Positions 11,763 to 24,334 are shown, numbered from the stretch's first letter. The stretch: 64,000 nt of DNA from Nemertoderma westbladi (GCA_032718475.1 JAUCBJ010008622.1:62001-126000); one strand, 5' to 3'. Notes: generated by a model from the letters alone, not told the origin. Program-made: numbers and translations.

Positions 11763-12848
11763 TTAATATACTGTAGATTCGATAATTTTATATAGGTTAC
11801 CGCTAATATGAAAGGAATTTCGGAGCTTGAACAGTAGCCTAGAGCGAGGTACAGAGTCGAACGCTTTCTTAAAGTCTACATAGACAGCGTAGAGTGGCTT
11901 CTTAGGTGTGTGGAGATTTTGGTATATGCGGTTTATAAGCTGGGCAATCGGTATCGACGTCGACTTCCCCGGCATGAAGCCAAATTGCTCGGGAGGAATA
12001 CGGTGTGATACCAGGGGACGTAGGCGCTTTTCAATTAAACTAGTTAGTATTTTGAATGCGTTGCATAGCAAGGAGATTCCCCTATATGAGTTAGGGTCCA
12101 AACGGGAGCCTTTGCCTTTGTATAATACCATCATAATACTTAACTTCCAACAGTTAATCAGGTTTCCGGTGGACAGGCAAATATTAAATAGAGTGGTCCA
12201 GAGGAGAATGACTGTGGCTGGGATCGCTTTAAATAGTTCATAGGGAACTCTATCTGGTCCGCCAGATTTTCCCGGTTTCTTTCCTTTAATCACTGACTCT
12301 ATTTCCTCGGGTGTGAACAACCGAATGTTGCCGGACCCGGGGAGGTCACCAGACCCGGGGAGGTCGCCGGACCCGGGGAGGTCGCCGGACCCATGGAGGT
12401 CGCCGGACCCGGGGAGGTCGCCGGACCCGGGGAGGTCGCCGGACCCGGGTAGGTCGCCAGACCCAGGAAGGTCGCCGTACCCGGGAAGGTTGCCGGACCC
12501 GGGGAGGTCGCCGGACCCAGGGAGGTCGCTGGACCTGGGTAGGTCGCCAGACCCGGGGAGGTTGCCAGACCTGGGGAGGTCGCCGGACCCGGGGAGGTCG
12601 CCCGACCCAGGGAGGTCGCTGGACCCGGGGAGGTCGCCGGACCCGGGGAGGTCGCCGGACCCGGGGAGGATGCCAGACCCAGGGAGGTCGCCGGACCCGG
12701 GGAGGTCGCTGGACCTGGGGAGGTCGCTGGACCCGGGGAGGTCGCCGGACCCGGGGAGGTCGCCGGACCCGGGGGGGTCCACAGACCCATGGAGGTCGAC
12801 AGACTCGGGATGGTTGGCAGCCCCTTTGTGGATGATGGTCCCAAACAC
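11763..12848 (-). CDS. LINE B RT N-part preceded in frame by ~27 PGSGDL hexapeptide repeats
   Basis: ORF track translation; RT motifs GPDRVP, YRGISL and DFKKAFD. Confidence 0.8.
   Translation of the reverse strand: MFGTIIHKGAANHPESVDLHGSVDPPGSGDLPGSGDLPGSSDLPRSSDLPGSGDLPGSGILPGSGDLPGSGDLPGSSDLPGSGDLPGSGDLPRSGNLPGSGDLPRSSDLPGSGDLPGSGNLPGYGDLPGSGDLPGSGDLPGSGDLPGSGDLHGSGDLPGSGDLPGSGDLPGSGNIRLFTPEEIESVIKGKKPGKSGGPDRVPYELFKAIPATVILLWTTLFNICLSTGNLINCWKLSIMMVLYKGKGSRLDPNSYRGISLLCNAFKILTSLIEKRLRPLVSHRIPPEQFGFMPGKSTSIPIAQLINRIYQNLHTPKKPLYAVYVDFKKAFDSVPRSRLLFKLRNSFHISGNLYKIIESTVY
12324..12809. repeat. 18-bp GC-rich minisatellite (CCGGACCCGGGGAGGTCG), ~27 units
   Basis: Directly visible tandem repeat. 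Confidence 0.95.
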
Positions 12849-13528
12849 AATGAGTCAGTTTCATATTCTCCTAATTAGAGGGGGAAGAAATAAAGGCGAT
12901 GTTCTCACTTTTTAAGCAGTTTGCAACATCATCCGATTTAACTGAGGGGTCGAGGCATCAAATGTGGATGTGTGCTTTTCTCACTGCAGTAATGCAGCAA
13001 CTTTCAGCGTCCCGCCCACTTTGCTTCCTCGAATCATTGTGGGACGGGTGCGGTGAGAGTCCGGGCCAGCAGGCTGTAGAACTGGCCGACCGGACACCGC
13101 CGGCTGACCGGTGCGAGCAGTAGCAGAGCTGTTGGTCCCTGTGGTATCTGTCGACAACGATGGAGTCGGTACATGCTGTTTGCGATTGGTAGGTTTGACG
13201 TGGTGGTAGGATAGGAAATAGTACGCGTTGGTATCGACTTAACCCGCAGTAATTCGTCCTTTGTGTTTATTGTCTCGCGCTGGGTGTCAGCTAGTTTACC
13301 TTGTAGATCAGTGTAGATTTACATCATGATCATTAAATTATCATTGAGTACTCGCCGTTGGTCCGCATTGATACTTTTCGATTTGAATATACTGACGATT
13401 TCATCCTTGGCAGCTAGAAACTCCTGCGCCATTTTATAGATATCAATAAAATTAAATTAAATGTTAACAGAGTGTGACGGAATTCAGTCAGTCTCATTAT
13501 AGCACTGCGCCAATGCCCGATAAGAAAA

Positions 13529-14653
13529 GTGGAGATTATGGATCCATATATATTGAGGTTGCTAATGAGCTATTATAGTAATACTGAAATGTTTTGTATA
13601 TTTGGTAACTTTCTGGATATAAATGGTTTCCATGTGTCAAATGGTTTAAAACAAGGCTCGAGATTGTCTCCAATGCTTTTTAATCTGTATACATCCGATA
13701 TTATTTTCAGTATGGAAGGTTCTGGTATTGGATGTGAAATTGAAGGACAATGGTTAGGTGCCATCTGCTATGCCGACGATTTCCTCATTCTGTGCACAAG
13801 TGTAAATGAAGTTGAGACACTATCTAAAATATTTGGGGATGGAGTAAGACAGTTGGGACTAGAAATAGAACATACAAAGACGAAATGGATGTGCTTTAGT
13901 CAAAATAGTAAGGAGAAATGTACAAGAGGACTCTATCTAAATGGGAAGTACCTTGAACCCAGTATATCTATTAGCTTTTTGGGAGTTAAGTTATTTAATG
14001 ACAGGAAGGACATTATTAAAGAAATTAATAAATTAATATATGGTATATCTGATACATTTCATCGCAAAGGATGGACTACAAGATGGTATACAACCGAAAC
14101 TATAACTAAGCTTTGGGAAGGCTATGCAATACCTACAATTATGTACGCGATTCGATTTTACTTGGGTATTATTACGAGATATCAATTGGAGCAAGTAGAT
14201 ATCTCTTATCGCAAAGTTGTAAGAGGTATATTACATTTGGGTCGATATGCCTCTAATACTGAATGTTATAGTTTGCTATCTATATTGCCGATATCAATGA
14301 GTGTCTATCGCGAGATTCTGAGTATTATATTTCGAAATAATTCCTGTCCAAATATTCGATTGCATTATCTTCTTAAGATACTTTTAGATGAGAATGTCAA
14401 TGGTGTATCACGCCATGGATACCAAGGACTCGGCAGTATATTCAACAGGGTATCTGAGGAGTATCCATTACCATCAATCAATTCTTTGTTGAGCTCACGC
14501 TACTGTAAAAACTCAATACAATCTCGGATTTCTTTGGGGGGACTAACTCTGGCTGAGATGCTAAACGTTTCATTTATTACCTCAACATATAACACACCCG
14601 GCATGAGTTTTACATCTAAACATAACAGGGTGTTGGAGTATTTTAATGTGTAA
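13529..14653 (+). CDS. LINE A ORF2 C-half (RT YADD and thumb)
   Basis: GLKQGSRLSPMLFNLY, ICYADD and FLGV. In frame with 3391-4922 once the insert is removed. Confidence 0.85.
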   Translation: MEIMDPYILRLLMSYYSNTEMFCIFGNFLDINGFHVSNGLKQGSRLSPMLFNLYTSDIIFSMEGSGIGCEIEGQWLGAICYADDFLILCTSVNEVETLSKIFGDGVRQLGLEIEHTKTKWMCFSQNSKEKCTRGLYLNGKYLEPSISISFLGVKLFNDRKDIIKEINKLIYGISDTFHRKGWTTRWYTTETITKLWEGYAIPTIMYAIRFYLGIITRYQLEQVDISYRKVVRGILHLGRYASNTECYSLLSILPISMSVYREILSIIFRNNSCPNIRLHYLLKILLDENVNGVSRHGYQGLGSIFNRVSEEYPLPSINSLLSSRYCKNSIQSRISLGGLTLAEMLNVSFITSTYNTPGMSFTSKHNRVLEYFNV

Positions 14654-15201
14654 CTATATATATATTTGCAATTTAATTGACTTTAACTATTCCTAAACCG
14701 AGCACGATCGTATCCTTAGTTAATATTGTATAAATACTTGACACTGGATTTGGATTACAGTTTTAAACTTTTAAATACCTAACTTTATGTCTACAAACAT
14801 TTTACTATGTGCATTGGATGCATTTTTATTTATAACATTTTAATTTTGTCGCATAGAGCGAATTAATATAATATATATATATATATATTGTATTGTTATG
14901 TTGTTTAATAATATTTTTCATCAAGGTATTATCCTTACAATATTGAAACGGCTCTTATTAGGGAGGGGGGGCGGGGGGGGGGGGGTTGGAAGTACTGCTC
15001 AAAGAGCGAATAGATATAGAATCGAATAATAGAAACGTGTAAGATACATTTTGGGTGGAATATATTGAATTGTAATATTATAAATAAAAATAAAAATTAT
15101 TGTCCCCCTTAGCGGCCAGAACCAAAATTTTCATTTTTGACTTAAAATGCTACTCCTTTGTTATGATGATATATTTTCAGAAGTTGTAACGTTTTTTTTT
15201 T

Positions 15202-15783
15202 TGTGACGGGATCAGGGGATCCCGACCAGTTTATTGCATTACGCATCACCATGTAATTGATAAGAAGATAATAGTTTGTTGTTGTTCTGATATTGATATA
15301 GACTAGTTGATATACTGATATAAGATATAATAGCACAGTTGATGGTATAGCACAATTGGTTGATAGTGTAATATATAATTGTTGTACCGGTAATGATGGT
15401 GACGGTACGAAAATGTCACCGATCTGCACTGGATGACTGGAATGACTGAACTGACCGGTATTATGCAATATAATATATTGGTCACTCCTACAGTACTTTG
15501 GCCTTACTATCTAGCGGATGCTCTCCTCGCCCCCATTGGCTAATATTCTAATTCTCGGCTCCCACCTCTGTGGGAGTGCTGACCCCCCGCTGCTGTTACT
15601 ACCCCTCTCGAGGTAGTTTGACCTCTAACCTCTTTTGTGTGTGGCATTCTGGGCCGTATGTTGTCCCCGTTATTGGGCGTGATACGAGATTAATTCTGAT
15701 TAACCTCGTATCCCCAATATTGCTGAAAAGGCGCCACTTCCCAACTTTATGGGGATAGTGAGGCGGAATTGAATCTGCTCACA
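15202..15783 (-). repeat. E1 3' LTR
   Basis: TG...CA ends; roughly 98% identical by eye to 23393-23974. Confidence 0.92.
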
Positions 15784-16408
15784 CTCCCCCCCATGCTATC
15801 TTCCCGGTGAGAAGATAGCATCACCTTCGAGTGCGCTTCAATTCCGCTGGAACCCAATCTATTATCAGGTGTGGGGTGGAGTTCTCTTACTTGGAGTCGG
15901 CTTTCCAGGCCGCTCGCTCTGGGTATGATGTTACAACCCTCTCTTGGTGCAACCGCAACCTATGTTGCACCAAGACATCTGACGTCTCTGTTTGAGACAA
16001 TTGTGGACTCCTCACACAATATCGGGAATATTTCGGAATCCCGGACATCGAAAATATCAAAGACCGAAAGAAAACATGTATTTCTTGCTTGCTGGTATAT
16101 TACTCAGTTCGTATATATATCAGATCAGTATATAATAGGATAACGTACATACATAAATGTCAGATAACACAAAACTAAAACAGTAAAACTAAAAGCACAG
16201 TGTACTCTACTGCCTTACTGCCTGAATGAACTACCAACTGAAAGCACCCAGCTGATCATCCTAAATACAGTATATTTGGGACACACTGGGCTCCAGAGAA
16301 AATACATATTTGCACAACAGATACTTAGCTTCATGGATAAGACAAAACTAGTAAGACACAAATATGTTTACATAGAAATTTGATTAAAAATATCTTTCAA
16401 ATATAAAT

Positions 16409-19400
16409 TCAATCGCTTTCACCTTCACTTTCACTTTCATAGACTTGCATAATTTTACGTCTTGCGTCAATAGCAGCTTTACGTTTCGGTCGAACTACAT
16501 TAGCTGTTTCAACAGTAGTTTCGGTCGAAGTCAATGTGGGTGTAGGGTCATGAACATCAGGGCACTCCAAGGGATAAAGACGCTTGATTGATGGGATGAT
16601 GAGGCTGTTGTTATTTAGCACTCTGGAGTTCATTACTAGGATCCCATCGTCATTGAGTTGTGGCGACAGCGTGATGAGCTTGCTTTCCCGACGAAGATGT
16701 TGTTGTTTACTGACGCGCCCCACTTTGTCGCCGTAGTACCTTTTCGGGTCGTACCGAATCACGGCCTTGGCCGCACCCTTCAGATCGATGTTTGGTTTCG
16801 TCTTGGCGTCCTTGCCAATTCCCTTGAGGAAATCCCTGAAGGCTCTCCTGTACGCCACCAACTTCTTGGTCTTGTACCAACTTGAGCTGTAGCTGAGGAG
16901 TTTATCCGTCGGGTTGTCGCGTGGCTCTTCTGATTTCGGTTGCACCTCCCTGACTTCCCTCACCATCTGACTATATATCTCTTCTCCCTCTGAGTCTTCT
17001 TCCTCTCCCCCTGGTGTTACTTCCTCTGAGCCCGGGTCCACCTTCTTCATCGGTGGCCAGGCCGACCTATCGTTCAGGAAGTGTGGCCCGTGCTGCCACA
17101 ACACTTCCTTCTTTAAGAAAGTGTGGCGTGCCACGCCCCTCAATAACAAGTCTGCTGGGTTCTCGTCCGTTGGGCAGTAGTGCCACCTTTCCAAGTCTGT
17201 CGTCGCCCTTTTTTTGTCCACCCTATTTGCGACGAATATAGGGTATCTCGTCTTCTCATTGTGCAGCCACCCTAGCACTACCATGGAGTCCGTCCAGTAG
17301 TGTGTTTCCACTATGTTGGGAATAGTGTCCATCAAGTAGGCTGTGGCCCTTTACTCCTAATCTTGCAGCTGTCAACTCATGTTTCGGAACCGATGCTGAA
17401 TCTGGTGGCATCGACTTTTCTTTGCTGAATGAAAGTCTGGGCTTATGAGCCCCCTTTCGTTGTACTAGGTAGAGTGCCGCTCTGTATGCTTCCAATGATG
17501 CATCGGAGAACATGTGTAGATCCAGATCCATCATGTCCCCATCCGGGAAATACACGCGTGGCATGCTGTACGTCCCCATCTGTTCTAAACTCCCCGTCCA
17601 CTTACTCCACTGCTTGCTGATTTCTACCGGGACCTCTGTATCCCACTCGTCCTTTAACTTATATACTTTCTTAAGTATCTGTTTCCCCGTAACTAATAGT
17701 GGGGATGCTAGGCCTATGGGATCGTATATCCTTGCTATGTACAATACATAGCCCCTCTTTGTGTGGATGTCCGTGCCCTCCTGGCTCAGCTGATACTTGA
17801 ACTCGTCTGTCTCTCGGTTCCACACGATCCCTAGTGCCTTCTGATGGGGACTCTACTCTTTTGTTCGTCATGTCCTGTCCCTTGGCTGTTGTGGGGTTAT
17901 CCATGGTCGACTCTGGCCGTCTGTCCTCTATGGCTTTCATAAACTCTTCTGAGCTGGATTGGAACTTGGTCAGGTTAAACCCGGATCCCTTCAGGATGTC
18001 GCGAACATCGCGCCCTGTATCCATTAGTTCTTTAACCGTATTTCCAGATTCCATTCCGTCGTCCACATAGAAGCCGCGTCGAATCATATCGACGGCTTTG
18101 GCGCTATACTTCTCCTCTTTCCCCTCTACTGTATCCCTTACAGCCACAGTCGTCGTAAATGAGGAGACTTGGCCCCCCTAATTCTGCACCACCATCTTGT
18201 ACATCGGTATTGTCGACGGTTCCTCGTCGCAGTTGTACCATAGGAAGCGCTGGCTGTCACTATCCTCCTCCGTCACACGGACTTGGTTGAACATGCCTTC
18301 AATGTCGCAGGTGAAGGCGTGTCTCCCCTTTCTAAATCTCAGTAGGACCTCGAGTCCCGAGTTATAGATATTGGGGCCCTCCAGCAGATAGTCGTTTAGG
18401 CACTTGCCGTTGGTTTTAGCCGATGCGTCAACTACCATCCGCAATTTACCTTTCTTTGGATCTAGAGCCACATGAAGTGGCAGGTAGTAGGTCCTGTCCG
18501 TGTTCGGTTCGTCGACCAGCAACTCCACGGCCCATCCTTTCTCGACATACTTCCTTATCGTCTTATGGATGTACTCATCCTTTTCGAGGCTCAGTTTCAG
18601 CGTTTGCTTCAGTTTGCGAAGCCTCGTGAGTACCATCCTCTTGTTGCCAGGCAACAGTAGCTTCGGCTGTTTCCACACCATGCCTATGGTGTACCGTCCC
18701 TCCTCACATCTCATCGGCTCCTTCACACTTTCTACCGCTTGTTTATCATCTACCGAGGTTCCAACCCCGGTCTCCTTTAGTCCCTCAAAGTCCTGTCTCA
18801 GCAATCTCCTAAGCTGCTCCTCCGCTCCTTCATCTTCCATCTCCCTCATAGTTCCCGCAAACATGCACCCTGATGTCTCCGACATCTTAAACAGAATCTT
18901 GGTTCTAATTGGGCCGCTTAGCGTCCACCCGAATGGTGTTAAAATTGCCATCGGGTCATGCTGTCTGTCTTCGCCGAAGACCATCTGCATTCTCTTGTGG
19001 GCCGTCGGGCAATCCATTCCCACAATAATGGATACCTTCCTAACGTCCACCTCTGGTATTGAGAAATCGATATTGTCCAGGAATCTATATTGTTCGACCT
19101 AGATGTTGGTTGGTCGCCTGACGTTTATATTTATCGATTCTATCACCTGGATGGGGTCGATGGTCGCCCCATATTCGCATCCCGGTGCTATCGCTGCTAT
19201 CCCACACCGTCCAGTCCTCATCTCCAGGACCTCATCTTTGCTGGAGATTGTTGTTACCGCCATCCTACTTGGCCTCATCTTTAGTCCTATCTCTTCGGCC
19301 ACCCAATTCTCGACCAATGTAAAGGCTGCTCCAATGTCAACCAGCATCAGCGTGGTTACTGATCGACCGCCTTCTCCGATCACCCTTACTGGTACTACCC

Positions 19401-19449
19401 TGAGTAGTACCGTTCCTCTCTTCTTCGCCCCTACGGTGCTTGTCACCAT
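16409..19449 (-). pseudogene. E1 pol: aspartic protease, RT, Pao RNase H, integrase C-tail
   Basis: LVDIGAAFT; YYLPLH, KLRMVVDAS, CDIEGMFNQV; FYVDD; YDPIG, FSDAS; YWTDS, NPAD. Confidence 0.88.
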
Positions 19450-22400
19450 TGTCTGCCCTTTGCATGACCGAACTTAATTGGTGTCTCCTTACACTCCTCA
19501 ACCTTGTGTCCCCCTATCACACATCGGTGACAAATTCCATTCTTATCCGCATAGGCTTTCCGATCCTGTTCGGGTAACGCCTGCCAATGCTTACAGCCCA
19601 TGGTCTTATGGGTTCTGTCTTTATATAATTGACATTTATATTCTGGGTTGTAGCGTTCCCTATATAACCCTACACTAAGTATTGCGTGTAGGTTTACATC
19701 TACCGGCTTAGTGTTTTGGTTATTTGGCCTACTGGGTGTGTTGGGGTTATATTTGTTCATGTTGTTATTTTGTCCCTGTTCGTGCCAAAGTCTGGCCCCA
19801 CTTCCAGCTATCTGTGGACTTGCAGTCCCCTGTGTCGCCGCGTATGGTAGAGATTGTCTTAATTTTGGCAACGCATTTGCCGTGTTATGCTCTGGTTTCA
19901 GCCTGTTGTATTCGGCCCTCAGCGCCTTCCCCAGACTATCCTCGCTGTAGACTGGGTCCGTGATTAACTCAGCTTCGTAGTTGAGGAAGTTCGACATTTC
20001 CTCTAGGCCCGGTTCCGCACCTTTCTTCTCCCGGGTGGAGAAGGCGATCTTTCTCCATTTATTGTGCAGCCAGATCGGTAGTGCGTGCGCTATCGTGGTG
20101 ATGTTATTAGATGCGTTGAGTTCGTATGGCGCGTCTAATGTCTTCAGCACGATTAACGCCTTCTCGACTTTGTTCGCAAACGTCTTTATGCTAATGGGGT
20201 TATCCTGTAGGCCACCCGCTGTTATACCCCTCAGGGTTTGCAGGATGATCTTGGCCGGGTGCCCATACTCCCTGTCTAGGGCCCGCCATGCAGTCGTGAA
20301 GCCACCCTCGATGCCCGGATACTGCCTCACGATGTCGTACGCTGGGCCTCCTGTATATACCTGTAGATATTTTAGGCACTCCGCCTGCGTCAGGTTCTTG
20401 GTCAATATCTCATTGCTGTACATGCGCCGAAATTGTAGGTATTCTTCCGGCCTACTTCCGTCGAATTTAAATGGCTCTACGGGTGGTAACTCGATTCTGG
20501 TCTTAAGTGCATCGAATAATGTAGCCATTCCCATTGCCTGTGCTTCCAATGGGTTCGAAGGATGCTGTACAGATTCTCCCGTTGGGTGCGCTCCGCCCGT
20601 CCTGTCTGTTGCTTTTCGTTGCGTCGGATATACCATTGGGGGTAACTGCCCCCTCCATATTTCCGTGTTGCAAGATCTGTTCTCGTCCAGGGGGTTTGAT
20701 GTTCTTATTTCTGTTTGAGTATATTGTTGATATTGTAATGGGGGCATGTCACCCTGCCCCCCCCCCCCCCCCCCCCACTGGTGGTACGTTTGGTACTGGA
20801 GTTGATGTTAATATATTGGGGCCCATACACCTATCCGCAATAACTCTCCCTTCCCCTGGATATATATTATGTCCCTGCATGCTATAGTCATACTGTTGTG
20901 CTGGGACCTTCTGGTCTACCTACCAGTATGTACTTCGCGACTTCCGGGTTTAATCCCGTCGTCCGCGCTACCCTGTCGCCTACATTATCTCTCCCAGCAT
21001 GGCCTATAGTATGTGCAGTAAGGCCTACAGTATGTCCTGCAGTCTGTATGTGTCCCTCTGGACCGAAGTTTAACCTTCTCGAATATTCCAAGAAGTCGTC
21101 CCCGCGGCTACAGTACCTTCAATCGGCAGTTACATCCCGTCGGCAGGTTTCTCTTCGATCCCCTCTCCTATTCTCGTCCTCGTACCGGTACGCCCTGTAC
21201 CCCTCTCTCGGCGTATAGTACACCTCGCCAGGTCGCTTTTTCTCCGGGACGACGGCAATCTCCCGGAGTTTGACCCCACCGACTCTCCAACTCCATCTCT
21301 ACTACCGACGGCTCGCTATCCATCCTCGCTCTCCTGTCGCTCGCAACGACACTTCTTCTACTCTCTTCTCTTCTTCTCTCTGTGCAGTGTAGCATCCCCG
21401 CTCGTGAGATCTCTCGTCGACCTCCCGGTTAAACTCCACTGTTCTTCTTCCCTCTTCTGACCGGGCTCGACGTCTCGTCGCTCGCCCTCTCGCGAAGCCA
21501 ACCTCTCTCTCTCTACCCGGTCGCACGCCGCTGGGGATATTCGTAATCCCCCTACTATTCTCCATCGCCGGGTGCTGCGGTTCACCTAATTCGCCCCGCT
21601 CATTATCCGCCGACGCCTGTGGGAGAGGGCCGCCGGGCCACCTATATCTGCCGCATTTATATTAATAGCACCATTATCAATATTATTTTCCAAATTATTT
21701 AAGTTATTAGAGATATTCTGTACTGAATTCGGATTATTATTTAAATTATTTTGTATATTTGGATTAGAATCGGGATTATTTTGTTTGTTTGAATGAGAAT
21801 TATTATTACGGTACTATTAATATTAACGCCCTCTCCCGTATTATTATTACCCCCCCCCCCCCCCCCCCGCCCGTACGGTTACACCAGTCTTGGGTCTGTC
21901 GTCCAGTCCCTGTAAGTGGGGTATTAACAAACGTTTCCATAAACTCTGGCTCCTCGTAAATACTACCCGAGCCAGCCTCACTCTCTGATAGCCCCAACTG
22001 CGCCAGTTCTAATCGGTGTTTTTTTTGGCCTGATATTGCATAAGCCCCCTTAACCGGGCATGCATATCATCCCACATACTTTTTCCCGCTCTCTCCCTCT
22101 ATCTATCCTCTCGCAAACTCTGGTTCGCCAACTCTGTTTCTCTCGCTACCCGCTCTCTACGCTCGCTCTCTACGCTCGCTTCTCGCTCTCTATGCTCATT
22201 CATCTCTCTCGTCTCTCGCTCCTTACGCTCGTTCTCTACCCTCATTTCTCGCTCTTTGTGCTCGTTCTCTACCCTCATTTCTCGCTCTTTGCGCTCCTCT
22301 TTCTCCCTTTCTTCTGGCTCTTTGCGCTCCTCTTTCTCCCTCTCTTCTCGCTCTTTACACTCCTCTTTCTCCCTCTCTTCTTGCTCCCTACAGTTCCTGG

Positions 22401-23365
22401 CCACCCTCTCGGCTGTCTCTCTACACTCCCTCGCTAACTCTCTCTCTTTCTCCAACAACGCAGGTCCCTCATCCAACTGCCTCTCTAATTCTTTCTGGTC
22501 TAGCGCCACTATATCTAATTGACACGCCAGATCTATCTCTAACACCCTTCTTGCTTTTGCGGAGGATGTAGCAGACTTGTCGGTCGTGACGGACTCCCGT
22601 CGCCTCTCTGTCCTACTAATTTCCCCCCGCTTTCTGGGGTTCTCGCTAACCGACGAGACTGAATCCTCAGGGTTAACCTCGGATTCGCCCTAGTGCGGGT
22701 CTGCCCAACCCACTAACTTAATTCCCCCAGCATCCACTAAATACGGCCCTACGTACACTACTTGGGGCTCCATAATCCCGGACCGCCACAGTTCAAATAG
22801 TTCAGTGGCGACCCCCCCTCGCTCTCTCACTGCCTAGTTCTCCCTGCCTGAAACAAACTAGGTATCTGAAATGTTTATTCAACTCACCTAGTCGCTGGCT
22901 CAACTTCCCCTGGTCTACCTTTGCTCCCTCTCTGGCCTCCTTGAGCTGTTTCTTTGTGGCGTTGTAGGCCCGTCGAAGCCGATTGCTGGTTCCGACGTCC
23001 TCATCACCGACATTTCCTCCTCCTCTCCTGGTTCGGCGTCGTACCGGCGGCCCCACCGTCGCCCTTCCGGTGGGCCATCCGTCGCCCTCGGCCTGTGGCT
23101 GGCCGGCGACTTCGGCACTTCGACCGCCGTCGTGCGTCGACTCATCCCCTCCTTGTGGTAGACGGCCGCCCTCCGCTTGGGCTGCCGGATTGTTTCTTGT
23201 TAGCGAATCCAGGGTTGCGGGTCGATACCGTCGCATCGCGGCCTCGCGAATCGTTTCGTTGGTATCGTCCAGGGACTGCGGCGGTGTTCTCTCTCTCTCT
23301 AGATCTCGGGGCTCTGCCCTCATCTTTAACTTTCTACTAACTCTTGGTGGCTGGCTGGCAGTCAC
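19443..23365 (-). pseudogene. E1 gag (frameshifted): E/R coiled coil, DUF1759-like core, Cys/His knuckles
   Basis: Core FKFDGS..EYLQF, LDREYG and CHRCVIGGH..EEC in 19443-20747. N-terminal pieces are 22802-23365 and 22099-22545. Confidence 0.8.
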
Positions 23366-23392
23366 AGTTTAGCAGTTCCTAGATTTTCGTAC

Positions 23393-23974
23393 AGTGACGG
23401 GATCAGGGGATCCTGACCGGTTTATTGCATTACGCGTCACCGTGTAATTGAGAAGAAGATAATAGTTTGTTGTTGTTCTGATATTGATATAGACTAGTTG
23501 ATATACTGATATAAGATATAATAGCACAGTTGATGGTATAGCACAATTGGTTGATAGTGTAATATATAATTGTTGTACCGGTAATGATGGTGACGGTACG
23601 GAAATGTCACCGATCTGCACTGGATGACTGGAATGACTGAACTGACCGGTATTATGCAATATAATATATTGGTCACTCCTACAGTACTTTGGCCTTACCT
23701 TCTAGCGGATGCTCTCCTCGCCCCCATTGGCTAATATTCTAATTCTCGGCTCCCACCTCTGTGGGAGTGCTGACCCCCTGCTGCTGTTACTACCCCTCTC
23801 GAGGTAGTTTGACCTCTAACCTCTTTTGTGTGTGGCCTTCGGGGCCGTATGTTGTCCCCGTTATTGGGCGTGATACGAGATTAATTGTGATTAACCTCGT
23901 ATCCCCAATATTGCTGAAAAGGCGCCACTTCCCAACTTTATGGGGATAGTGAGGCGGAATTGAATCCGCTCACA
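23393..23974 (-). repeat. E1 5' LTR
   Basis: Direct repeat of 15202-15783; its terminal CA is mutated to CT on the sense strand. Confidence 0.92.
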
Positions 23975-24220
23975 TTTTTGGAATCAGCATGGTGGATTAC
24001 GTGATAAAATTCGAGCAGAATTTTTGTTTCGAACTTTTAAAGGAAAATACAGCTATTTTTCAAAATTTTATTTTCATAATGTTAATAAATAATTCAGCTT
24101 TAAATTAATTGGATTTTATAAATACGGTACGCTGGTAAATACAGCTGGTATATGTGTGTAAATTAATGTTGGTAGAATATTATTATAATTATTATTTGAA
24201 TAAGTACTATATATTCATAC

Positions 24221-24334
24221 CTGTTGTTGTTGGATCTGTAGTCCAACCTGTGGTTGTAGGAACTGTAGTTGTAGCTGTGGTTGTAGGAACTGTAGTTGGA
24301 GCTGTGGTTGTAGGAACTGTAGTTAGAGCTGAAA
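24221..24334 (-). CDS. Host exon, Thr-rich mucin-like (about 4 x APTTVPTTT), phase 1-1
   Basis: Acceptor ATTTCAG, donor GTATGA, 114 bp, open frame. Confidence 0.65.

Larger units (their letters stand above)
10590..13527 (-). mobile_element. LINE B, internally deleted (no endonuclease seen), inserted antisense into LINE A
   Basis: 5' end abuts the TSD at 13528. ORF1-like start MAQEFLAAK near 13432. RT motifs NSYRGISL, QFGF, DFKKAFDSV, QG...SP, FADDL and YKYLG. Its (TA)n tail is split between 4921-4926 and ~10565-10588. Confidence 0.75.
1098..14888 (+). mobile_element. LINE A (APE-RT non-LTR retrotransposon, Proto2/RTEX-like, clade tentative), 5'-truncated, interrupted by nested inserts 4923-13527
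   Basis: ORF1 region, then APE (GTFNCHG, IQEYWL, ILGDLN, IDHI, SDHSP), then RT. RT reads ...TLFNKLVEI at 4922 and resumes VEIMDPY...QGSRLSP...YADD at 13529. A 12-bp duplication AGTGGAGATTAT (4911-4922 and 13528-13539) brackets the insert. Ends in (TA)n near 14866-14888. Confidence 0.85.
15202..23974 (-). mobile_element. BEL/Pao LTR retrotransposon E1 (decayed; integrase core deleted)
   Basis: Two ~582-bp LTRs, 5-bp TSD TTTTT (15197-15201 / 23975-23979) and PPT GGGGGGGAG next to 15783. Domain order gag, PR, RT (YVDD), RNase H (FSDAS, YWTDS, NPAD), then integrase tail IKRLYPLE. Confidence 0.9.

Noticed and set aside
12299-12915. Alternative-frame Pro/Arg-rich ORFs
   Set aside because: Shadows of the 18-bp minisatellite; only the PGSGDL frame joins the RT.
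15142-15758. Short ORFs duplicated in LTRs (also in the E2 LTRs)
   Set aside because: They are duplicated only because the LTRs are repeats; no coding signal.
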